From the human T2T-CHM13v2.0 reference genome, Homo sapiens: 64,000 nt of DNA. Position numbers and translations under genes: made by a program. The stretch lies in NCBI RefSeq assembly GCF_009914755.1, contig NC_060940.1; one strand, written 5' to 3'. Shown here one piece after another: positions 1-11,800 of this stretch. The notes beneath the pieces are model-generated. The model ran no database searches and was not told where the DNA came from. It saw only the letters and a list, made by a program, of their open reading frames with translations. The stretch's first letter is position 1. Each line of letters begins with the position of its first letter.

Positions 1-134
1 GCTCCTCACAAAGAGGGTGGCAGCTGGGGAGAAGCTGAATCAGTAGACAGACAAGATTGTGGTTTAACGAGTTCAGGGACAAGAGAAGGCCCCAGTAACC
101 TACAGAAGCAACTAGCTCCTTGCCTTCTGTACAA

Positions 135-380
135 CATGGCCTTTGGAGTCACAGGACGTGAGTTTGGATCCCAGCTCTGCCACTTAGTAATTGTGTAGAT
201 TTGCACATGTTGCTGGACCTCTCTTTGTCTCAGTTTTCTGTAAACTGGGGAAAATCTTAGTAAATCTAGCTAATGTGGTTGTTATGAAGATTCTGTGTGT
301 GTGTGTCTGTGTGTGTGTATGTGTACAAAGAAAGTTTAGAGCAGCGTGTGGCACGTAATGCATATTATGTAAGTGTAGCT
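135..380 (+). mobile_element. MIR SINE interrupted by (TG)n at ~294-323
   Basis: TTTGGAGTCACAG...ATCCCAGCTCTGCCACTTAGTA...CTCAGTTTTCTGTAAACTGGGG resembles the MIR core. Confidence 0.7.
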
Positions 381-1399
381 CTAATGTGAGTTGTTACTTG
401 TAGAGAACAGCTATGTCAAAACCACACCAAAAACGATTTGGAAAGGAAATAATTTGACTGGTCATTTTGTTTATCCATCAACTGAGTTGGATTGATATAT
501 TTTTCCTTTGGCCTTCAAAGGAAATTTGAGCATTCATTCATTCATCCTTTTAGAGAAATATTCTCTAAGCACCTACCGTGTGCCAAGCTTTGGGTTGGAT
601 ACCTGGAACCCCTCTCAGTGAGATCACAGTCTAACAGCACACACCCAACTATGAAATATAGATGGACTGTGAAGATGAAGAAAGGTTCTGGTTATGAACT
701 CACAGAGGAAGTGACGGCTGAACTTTGTAAGGACACAAGTGGTTTAACAAGTTTCCTGGCCCATATGAGATCTCGGCTCCGACGTTACAGGCAGCAGTGT
801 GGGGCCTCACCTTACCTTTTCCCACTTCCATCCTTCTCCACCCCCGTTCAGTTCCCAGGCTCCCCTTGTGTGAACTGGCTCATTTCTCACTGCCTTTCTG
901 TTCTACAGCCCCCGCTCTGCTGAGTCAGGAGGTGCTACTTTCTCCATCTGCTTTCCATCGTCCAAAATTTTTGTTGATGTTTCTTGATCACTGAGTTAAA
1001 TAATTTTTCCCCGTATTATACATTCAGTAGAGTTTCTGGAGAGAGTGCATACAAAAACGCCTAACTGAATCTACCACGTCTAAGCAGATGCTCCCAGAGT
1101 CTATGCTTTTTTCCCCCATGCCATACTCCCCAAACTAAAGGATGAGAAAGAACCATGCAGGCAGAATGAGATGAGTAGATGCTACTGCTAATGCTGTCAG
1201 TTCTACTACTACCGCCACTGCTGTCTTCTGCTGAGTATGGATTATATGCCTGTTCCATATGAGAACATTATGCATATGGTGTGATTTGGTCATTCCGGAT
1301 GGCTAAAGTGTGAGCATACCCGTATCTCAGATTTACAGAGGAGAAAACAGAGGCTCAGACTGGTTATGTATATTTCTCTAAGTCCCCCAGCTATTGTTT

Positions 1400-1790
1400 G
1401 TTGTAGGTTGGGTACCCCAGGAAGTAGATTCTGCAACTGAGATTGGCATGTAGGAAGATTACTGGGGAGTGTTCTAGGATCCACACCTGTAGGGGAACGT
1501 AGCAAGCAGGATGGGGTGGAGGGAGGATTGAGCTGTGCTGTGGGAGATGCGAATGCTCCAGTCAATCCCAAGGAAACTCTGAAGCTGGATTATTCTTCAG
1601 AGATGCAAGGAGGTCAGGAAGTCATTGATGTGGGCTCCCTCCTGGAGTGCGTGTTGCTTTGGTAGGGAGCTCGCTTTGGCTGTGGGCAGTTCCTGAGGAG
1701 GGACTCATAGGACAGCCTAGCATCTGAGGAAATGAGTGCCTCCTGGCCCAGAATGGGGGATCTCAGCAGCACACTACAATATCCACTACA
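1400..1790. mobile_element. Old ERVL-type solo LTR (LTR16/LTR33-like)
   Basis: TGTAGGTTGGGTACCCCAGGAAGTAGATTCTG...AGATTGGCATGTAGGAAGATTACTGGGGAG resembles this family's terminus; family uncertain. Confidence 0.4.
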
Positions 1791-4263
1791 GTTTCTTGGG
1801 CTTGCTCTGAAGCCATGCCTCTCTAACTTCAGGGTATATTCATGTAAGTGAGGTGCAGGGATGGGGGAAAGGGAGAAGGTAAAGCTACAAAGGTAAGCCA
1901 GCTTGTCTAGACCGGGAGCTAGCTCCTTGTGAAGGAATGGCAATGATAATGGTTAAGTCAGATTCAAGAAGTGTGTTTTGGGGAAACACTCCAGGTAGTG
2001 GTACATAGAATCCTAGCACAAGATCAGTGACTGGGTGAGTTTGACATTGTAGATGCAAATGTGTCAGGAATTATAGTTGAAAGGGGAAAGAACATTTCAG
2101 TTTTTCATTTCCTGCGTCACTGTTTTTCTTATTTGGAGATGCTGTTCCTCTCACGTGGGAAAAATTTGGTTATCTCAGGTGGTAAAGATGCCTTTGTTTA
2201 AAATATTCTTCTCTTAGTGGGGACAATAATACTACTAATTTCTAGTACTGACGCTTCTCATGCAATTTAATCAGTAGGAACCTGTTTGCATGTTCATTTG
2301 AGGAAGTACCAAAGCCAAAAGTAGCTTCGAGGTTTGGCACCTCTGATAAAGTTACAGAAGTGCAGTGTGAGCAAAAATCATCCTCTTCTCTGTTCTTCAC
2401 CTGTTGGTGAACAGTGAGAGACCAAGGTGAGAGACTCGGAAATTACACATGTACATTGTATATTACATGTATACAACATACATTGTGTATTACACATATA
2501 CAAATTACTTGTCATAACGTGCAGATTTCACAATGAGAGACCAAGTTGAAAAATGCTTAAAATTCACAAGTCTATATCATTCTGTCCTCCAGGTACCCCA
2601 AGCTGGTTTGGGTTTATACCAGTTTGAACCGAGGGACCTTCAGCTGAGGAACATGTGCTCTGTGTGCTGGAAGCTCCTGGAGGCCCCAGGGTTATCTCTG
2701 CTCACTTAGGTTTGTGATGTTGGGCAAAAGGAGAAAATGCTGAGTCTATTCGGACCCAACTTCCATTAATGCCTGAGAAATAATTTAAATCGCAAGATTT
2801 CCAATCCCATAAGCAGCCCTAGCCTCTCTTCTCCTGATACTCCACATACCCAGTCTCCATTCCTTCTTCCCCCACCCTCCAGTTCTCATCCTGTACACTA
2901 CCTCCAGACCCCCAGGGATTCAGATCCTGTCTCCCCCAATGAGAGACTTTTTTTTTTAGGGGGAGCCAAATTATTTGTTACAACATGTAGATTTCACTTG
3001 TTGTAGAGATGTTCTATTTTCAAGGATACAGAGCTCAAAGGGAGCACAATTCCCTGGAGAGCTAGGGAAATAATGAAGTCTAAGGTCTGGCAGATCTGGA
3101 TCTGAATCCTGGCAATGCATTTCGGGAGTTCGGTGTCACCCTGAGCATCTTTCAATTCCTTGAACTTCAGTCTCCTCATCTCTGAAATGGGGTTATTATC
3201 TACCTGCAGAGGTGCTGCAGTATTAACTGAGGCAACGTTGCACCGTTTCTAGAATGATATTTAGGGCTCATATTGACCCAGTAGGAAGTATAGTTACCTT
3301 GGGCCAGGGGAGCTACCTGAGTGGAGTCAACTTTTAGGTTATAGGGACCAAGTTGAAACATGCTTAAAATTCACAAGTCTGTACCATTCTGTCCTTCAGG
3401 TACCCTAAGCTGGTTTGGGTTTATACATTCCCACAGTGCCTACCACATCCCAATGGCTTTATGACCTTGAGGTCCTGATCTGTTTTATCATAGCTCTTGA
3501 TCTTCCTCAAAAATTCTTACAGCTGTATTCCACAGGTCATCACCAAGGGACTGCTAGAACTGGATCATAGCAGCTTCCAAGAGCTGAGTGTGTACATTTC
3601 CTCCCAACTCTGCATTCAGTTTAAATTGCTTGTGGTGAGAGTATTCATACCATGGGAATTGGCAGACACTGTGAATCAAACCCACCCCCTGCACTGCCCC
3701 CCTCCAGTGAGCGAGTTCTTGAACACTTACTGGTACACCACTGTCACCAACCCTGCTTTTTGTAGACATGTCCTTTAAGCAAAGCAATTCATGGGAAAGT
3801 AAATTTAATTATCAGACCATTTCATTAGATTCCTCACTGCCACAAACAGGTGGTTGTGGTGATAATCTGGGCTTTTTTGATCGCTTTAGAAAGGCAGTTC
3901 TGTAATGACATGAAAAACATATTGCTTGGTAATTTATTTATTTGTTCCCAATGTTTGCTACGGATTGTGGTGAAAACACAAACACCCAGGACAAAGGGCA
4001 AGGTTCATCCCACCATGACGATGGGAGGCAGTTTCATCCCACCATGATGATGGGAAGTCCTTATATCAGGACTCCAGGGATCTTGTGTCCTGATATAAGG
4101 CTCTCACTTTCCAATCAGCAGGAAGTTATGCTTCCCAGCCTCTAGGAAAGCATAGGAGTTAAGGAGAACTGAAATCTGGGGCAGTTATAAATCTTCCCTT
4201 ATGTGTACAACAGTTTAAATCAATTGGTCATCTACCAAAATCTGAGGAACAAGAGCAGCTTTA

Positions 4264-4590
<327 letters not shown>

Positions 4591-5248
4591 GAGTAAGATT
4601 AAAAACAAGTAAAGAAAATAAATCCTCCCGCTTTTTTTGCTCCTTCATGGGTATGGCTGCATCCTCTGCTCACTGGTTTGAGTTATTATTTTCCCATGGG
4701 CAATTAAAGCCCTGGCCTCCACTGCAGTTTTCACATCAAACCTAAGAGTCTCAGGTGCCCCTTGGTGGAGCAACCTCACTAGAGACATTAATCATACTAC
4801 GGGATAATTGACAAATGCATTGTGAGTGTCTGATTTCTGTGGCTCAGGATGCTTAGTAGCAGTGGGGTCAAGGGCACAGATGACACAGGTCCAAATTTCC
4901 CCACCCCTACGTAGTAGCTGTGTGACCTGGGGCAGGTTGCTTAACTTTTCTGGACTTTTGATTCCACATTGGTTAGATGGAAATACCATATTATTATAAA
5001 TATTGTAAATAGTACCCATCAAACACTTAATGTGAACCAGAAACCCTCATAAAATGTTTGCTAGTCTTTGTTGTTGAAAGGTCACTATGATGATGGCTCA
5101 AAATCCTGACCTGAAGGTGTGCTATGTTCCTGCTTCACTTGTGCTGTGGACATGTTCCTATTTATCATAGTGCAGTTGTTGAGACTGGGTGTCTAGAGCC
5201 ATGTGATTTGGTTCAGCTCCTAACTCTGTCACTTGCTCTTTGACCTAG

Positions 5249-5590
<342 letters not shown>

Positions 5591-8237
5591 TCTCCTGTCT
5601 TTAACTGGGGATAATGTGTGCAGAATTCCCCCTAAAGGATCTATCATGCGTAAGGTGGACCCTCACAGAAAGCGTCAAAGACACACGAATCTCTTAGCAG
5701 GAGGCCGCCAGGTGGCACAAAATCAAAACTGCATCATTGAGAATTATGTTATGAAGTCATTTACTGACTTGAGCCTCAGTTTTCCTATTAATACAATGAG
5801 ACTGTAGTAACTTCATAGGGCTCTTGCAAGAGTTCAGCTAAAATTCTCCACCTTGCCACCTAGAACATGTCACAGAAGGTATCCTGGCCCCTGTATGGGA
5901 TTCATACATGAAGAGGACTGCCTTGTAAAGTCATTTGATTAGGGATCCAGAGGGTGTACTGGTAGAGGACAGATTTTCAACCCCTTGACAGTTCGAAGGT
6001 CAGCTACACAACTGGCTTGTGTTCCTCGCTGACACCTCCCTGAGTAGCAATGTGCATTTGTGTGCCTTCCCTTTGCCAGGCATTTCTAAGAGGATGAATC
6101 CTAACAGGTATGGCAGCCAGAGGGCAGGGGCAGGGAGAAGAATAAGATGTTCCTTGGTGTACCCCATTGTCATGAGTTCATCATTTCTGTTAACTGTGGG
6201 GGCAGAGAGTTCCAATTGCAACTGGCTTGTTGTGAGACTGCCCCGGTGGTTGCTGCCAGATGATCCACAAATGCCAAGCTCCTCACCTGAGCCCTGCCAG
6301 CCTTCAGGACCTCCTTTGCACGAAGAGCAATTTGCAGAAGAGAACACTGCAGGGGAGGCACCATAGACCCCTTCTGGTCTGTACTGTTCAAAATCACATG
6401 ACATCCGCCAGAGGCCTGGTGGGAAGCCAGGGTTTTAGGCACTAGAAATGGAGCTCAGAAAGGAGGAGAAAGGTCCCTGCTGGTCTGTGGAGAGGGCCTT
6501 GGCCACCAGAGGGATCAAATGGCCCAGGCAGGAAATAAGTATCCCGCTCTCAGATCTGAGGCCAGATTTTCAAGTGTATGCATGATTCTGGGGTGCTACA
6601 AAGGGTATAGAGTATGGAGTTAGAACATTACACGTCAACAAGAATATGGGTTTTGAACCCAGACCTCAGTTTGAATCTGAGTTCCAGCACTGCCCCGTTG
6701 CTTGGCCGTGAGTTACTTCACCTCCATTAGCCTCTGTCTCCCCTCCACTACAATAACACCTGCCTGGTGGGGAGTGAGGATATTGTGCGAATCAGAAGTA
6801 ATAACAGGTCGTTGGCACCTAAGAGACTCTCAGTAACCAGCAGTCATCACCACCGTCGTCGTCTTTTTTTTTGGCCATTACAGTTGGGATTAGACTAACC
6901 CTCCCTAAGCAGCTATTAAGCCTCACACTCCCTGGACAAAGACATGAAAAACTCTGGATGATTTGGAAGGGAGATCTAGAAATGGTGAAAGGACTGGCAA
7001 GTGCCTCTGTGCTGATACTGTACCTGGGCTCAGTGGTCTGGCTAAAGGAGAGGTGCTGGGGCCAGGTGACAGGCGAGTCTCTATACGGCAGGCCCAAAAA
7101 ATGGAGGTGCAGGCTTCATCTATACTTTGATGTGTATGCTTCCTTCTTTAAACTTGTGATAATCAGAGTTATAGCTGCTTTAAACTTGTAAAAATCAGAG
7201 TTATAGCTGCTTTTGAACTAGTACTTGTTGTGTGCCCAGGAAATGGCCAAATGTTATCACTCATCCTTCCAAGAACCACATGAAGGTTATATTATTATGT
7301 CGACTTTCCAGATGAGGAGACTGAGGCTCAGTGGCTTGTCATAGGTGTCAAAGACAGGAGTCCAGTGTAAGGACTTCTGGCTTCAGCACAGGGGATTTTC
7401 CTACCATCCCATATTGCCACCCCATCTGCAAAAATACCTGGATCTATCTTCCTCCTGCTGATTCTCAGCTCCCTCCAGGACTGAAGAGATGATATTGATT
7501 CTCACTTGATAGAGGTTAGAAAGGGCCTCTCCCTTCCCTAGCTGAATAGAGAGGGTTTCCTTTTTCTTTTCTTTTCTTTTTTTTTTTTTAAATGGGAAAC
7601 TTACAGGGAATAAGATCTGTTTCTTCATTTGCTTTGCAAGAGAGTTGGATTTGTACACGATGCCTGAGCTGGCTCGGTTTTCTAAAGACCTAACTTTGCA
7701 GCATTCTTCAAGGGCTCCAGAGAGTCCCTTGTGCCATCAAATTAAGTTTGGAAACTTCAATAAAAAAGTCCCGAAGGAAACTGTCAATTAATGCATTTAC
7801 ACTGAAGCATCATATTTGGGAAAAACATCTTCAAACGCAAACGCTGTTTTCCAACCATTAAAAAGTTTATGCGCTGCTTGGTTTCCATGGATACCTGAGG
7901 TAATAGCCTCCTTCCTCTCATTGAAGAGTGAATGTTGCTCAGTTACTTTTTTCCTGTTTTTTTTTCACTTTTGTCTTCCTGACTTTTTTCTTCCATCCCT
8001 ATTTATGAAAACAAAAAGATAACTAAATTGAAACCTTGACAATGTAATTTGTCAGAGGAAGGCAGCCTGTTTTATAAGCTCAGGTGATTTCATTTTTGTT
8101 CACCTGTTTATTTCATGACACTTGCAGGAAAAAGAGGAATTTTCATTTGATCAAATCATTTCCATGATCCATCAAACACACAAGTTAAAAAGGGAAATGC
8201 TCTCAGTCTTTAATAACAGTCTTAATCGTGTGTAGAG

Positions 8238-8460
8238 CAGAGATTGACAAACTATGGCCTGCCGGCTAAATCTGGCCCAGTGCCTTTTTTTTAATAAATA
8301 AAGTTTTATTGGAATACAGACACGTTCATTTGGGTAGACGTTGTCGATGGCCGCTTTCACAACAATAGCAGAGTTGAGTGATCGTGCCAGACATTATATG
8401 GGCCACAGAGCCTAAATTACTTAATCTCTGGCCCTTTGCAGAAGTAGTTTACTGACCTAT
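8238..8460 (+). mobile_element. MER58A (hAT-Charlie DNA transposon relic)
   Basis: CAAACTATGGCC...AAATAAAGTTTTATTGGAA...CTGGCCCTTTGCAGAAGTAGTTTACTGACC with degenerate terminal inverted repeats. Confidence 0.85.
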
Positions 8461-8819
8461 TATATACAGGAAAGAATGAGGGCTTGGGTGGCACTTAGTA
8501 GTGTTGTCACTTTTGTCATTGGCCTTGACCTGACTCAGTCTCCGTATTGTTGAGATGGGAATGACGGGACCCTCAGTAGTGTTTTGGGATATAAGGCACA
8601 CGGTAAAGGAACAACAAATAGGAATTACATTCCGTCGAGATTCTTTTGCTAGAAAGATCCAAAGAAACCTACCTTGTGATTCTAGATGTTTTTTAGGAAA
8701 CCCAAAGAAAGTATGAAAAAGCCCAAGCCAAGTCCTTCCACTGTTGTTCCCGGGCCTGTGTGTGCTGTGTGTCTTTGCTGGGAGAAGGTCAGAGCTGGAG
8801 TGGGGCACTCGATTCCGGC

Positions 8820-8870
8820 AAGAGAAGGCAAACAAAAGAAGCCACAACAGTCTAGGAAGAAATCTTTAAT
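8820..8870 (-). terminator. Candidate minus-strand polyadenylation site
   Basis: Minus strand reads ATTAAA (8870-8865) then GATTTCTTCCTAGACTGTTGTGGCTTCTTTTGTTTGCCTTCTCT (GU/U-rich); UGUA-rich upstream region. Confidence 0.55.
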
Positions 8871-11800
8871 TTCTATTCAGCTTTAAAGAGTTTGAGAGCG
8901 TTTTTTCCCCTCTGTTAACAAACGAGTTCAAGTACATGCCTTCATATTATAAAAGTACCTGAAATTGCCTAGAATAGCAGCATGCATAGCTTGTTAGTAT
9001 TTACATATATTTACATAGGGAAACAAGAGAAAGATCTACAGTTATTTACAGTCTACATAGGGGAAGAGAAAGGCAGCCTAATTGTATTTCCTAAAATACA
9101 GTAGATGAGTAGTCAGCACATGCATATTTAGATAATATTTGCATGATAGAATGCAAACTTTGAAAAAGACATACCTTTGTAACTTTCTATGCTAAGGTGT
9201 TGCATAATCAAGGTTAATTTTTGTTTGTTTCTAGTCTATGGGCATCAAGTGCTTTAAAATGCTCACTAACACCGAGGCAGAATTATTTACCCGGGCAATT
9301 AAAGCAACAGCACACACGATCATTTCCTACTAACTAGCAACACGCTGCTGGTGAATGAAATATCTATTGTTTCTCATTACCCATCGACCACTGTGAAGAG
9401 ATCTCTCTGTGTAAAGGCAGTGCCTAAGCTATCACCATTAATTATGGAAGTAATATAAATGAGACACTCTCCACAGTATGTTCTAAATGAAATATTAACA
9501 AGGCCAGCGTCTTGGAACCTGAGAAATGGTCTGTTCCAGTGAGCTCTGTATGGAAATCCACACACCTAACTCAGACATGCCCGATTTGAAATAGCGGGGC
9601 TGGACATTGGGGGCCTACCTGTGAGATCTGAATTATTGCAAAGTACATCCTCTTAATTTGTTTCTGGAAGGCAGAGTTAAGAGTTAATTCCTTCCCATGA
9701 TGTGGCCCCAGCGGAGACCTTGTGTTTTTTTTTTTTTTTTCCTTCAGTGCTTTTTCAGGACTATGTTATAGAATACTTATGGGGCATACGTGTAAATGAA
9801 CTGTCAACCTTAAAATCTAAACAAACAGCTTGTTTGTGGTTCGTCCTGAAATCCTCCCTGCTCACAAAACAGCCAGCTACTTGGTTTTCTAAAAGACGTA
9901 ATTTTGCAGGCAGACTTCATAGAGCCATTCTGTGCAGAAGAAGGGAAGGGAGAAGCTGTTTGTTTTACCTGTAGTATGAAGATATTCTTTGCGCTGTTAG
10001 AACTGAGCTCATTAATTCTGCCTGGCAATAATTTCAAAGGTTTATTTTGGTGTAGATGGCGAATACAGATGCATACATTTATACGCAGTACACGAGCTAG
10101 CTATAACCATAACAGAGGTTAAAGAAGTAGAGTAAAAATGTAAAATGTTTCAAATAAACACACACTAAATATCTTCTTTTATATCTTATAAACACCCAGC
10201 AGTCCTTTAGCACGGGCATCAAGGTGGCCCAGCTGGAAAATTTCAGTGACATGCCATCAGATTTGTTCCATGTAGAAGGACGACACTATCAGTTAGATGC
10301 TTATTTTGTTGGCAAATTTCTATGGCACTTCTGCTTGGCCACTTCAAACCAACCATGGAAGAATAGATACCCCAATGCGATGTTTCATCCCTATTCATAA
10401 AGAAACTGTACTTTGAGCAATGTAGGTATCCCAGGCAGCATCAGAGGGAATGCCCAGGGAATTCTTCCATGGATATAAGACATCATCAACAATACCTTCT
10501 CTTAGTTCTAATGAGACAGCCTCTCAGGTCCGGTCAGTTCTAGAACGCTTTGGGCAGGCACAAATGGAAGATGGAACAAGTGTGCATGTAATGACCCACA
10601 TGGATTGCCTTGAAGCCGTTTCTTTTTCCTTCCCTCGTTAGGAGTACCCTCACCCTAACCCCAGCAAAGCATGTCTAGGGTCTCACAATAACAGCAGGTC
10701 TCAGAAAGATAAAATAATTCTGAATGTTACAACTCGTCCCATTTAAGGCTAGACATAAATCTATCACAGATCCTTTGGAACATCGATGGCAAGAATTCTG
10801 GAACACGAAGGAGGTATGAAAAGGGCTTCACTCGTTTCATGGAAAAGCTCAGAACAGTTTGTCGACTTGGAAACACAGGCCCTGACAGCGTACCAAGGTC
10901 ACCCTGCCCTTCAATCCTGCTGATAGCCCAAGTTAACATCCTCCCATGCCTTGGCCTTCCCAGAACAAACATGGCTTTGGACGCCTTTGGGTGGTTGGGA
11001 CTGGCTGCCTATTTTTCTCTAAAACTTAAGTTTTAGGAAAGAATTCTTTCCAGCTTTCCATCCTGAACCTGCTGGTCTCCAGGCTCGTTCCTGCAAATAT
11101 TTCACAGAGGAGTAAGAGCCACATTCTTGCTGGCTTTCCAATTCATTCTCCTCTCTTCGAGTCCACCTCTTAAAACTTCTTAGTGCTCTTGCAAGAAACT
11201 CATGTCTTTTGTCAGGGAGAATGGCATGGCCTTTGTATGACACTTCCTTCTAGCCAGACTCGGATTTGGGGGCATCATATTTGGGATGGCTGCACCGCAA
11301 ACAGGAAAGGCCACAGGACAGCTCACAGGTTCTCTCTGAACAGAAGCCTGTGAGCACGTGCCTGTCATTTAAAAGCTGCATGGCACTCTTCCCCCTGCAT
11401 GCGTTTCTCTCAAGGTGTCCCTTGTAATTTGTGGTTGTGGTCTGTGCTTGAACCTGTTGCATTTATGGTGATGGACTGGCACTTTACTCTCTCTGAGCCA
11501 CGGCCATCAAGCCCCTGTCATAGACACTGTCCCCAGTGTCACCTGGGGAATGACACTCTTCACCTGTCATGGGAGAGGCAACTGAAAAGGAGCCTGAGGT
11601 TTTTCTACCTTTGTGAACCTGTTGCTAGCAAAGAAATATTTTTCCTTGTGGCAAAAGATCAACATCTAAACACATTGTCCACGTCTAATTTGTTAGGGAG
11701 GGCGTGTTCTCTTCTGGAGGGCTAAGAGTTGGCATGGGATCTAAATGGATTCTCCAGAACACTTTCTCACACTTCTAAAGCCTGAAAACAAATATTTGCT

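Noticed and set aside
6000-6445. Four overlapping ORFs on both strands
   Set aside because: No recognisable domain or convincing exon structure; expected by chance in moderately GC-rich DNA
8293-8310. Bidirectional AATAAA/TTTATT
   Set aside because: Intrinsic to the MER58A consensus, so not evidence of a transcript end, though it could act as a back-up
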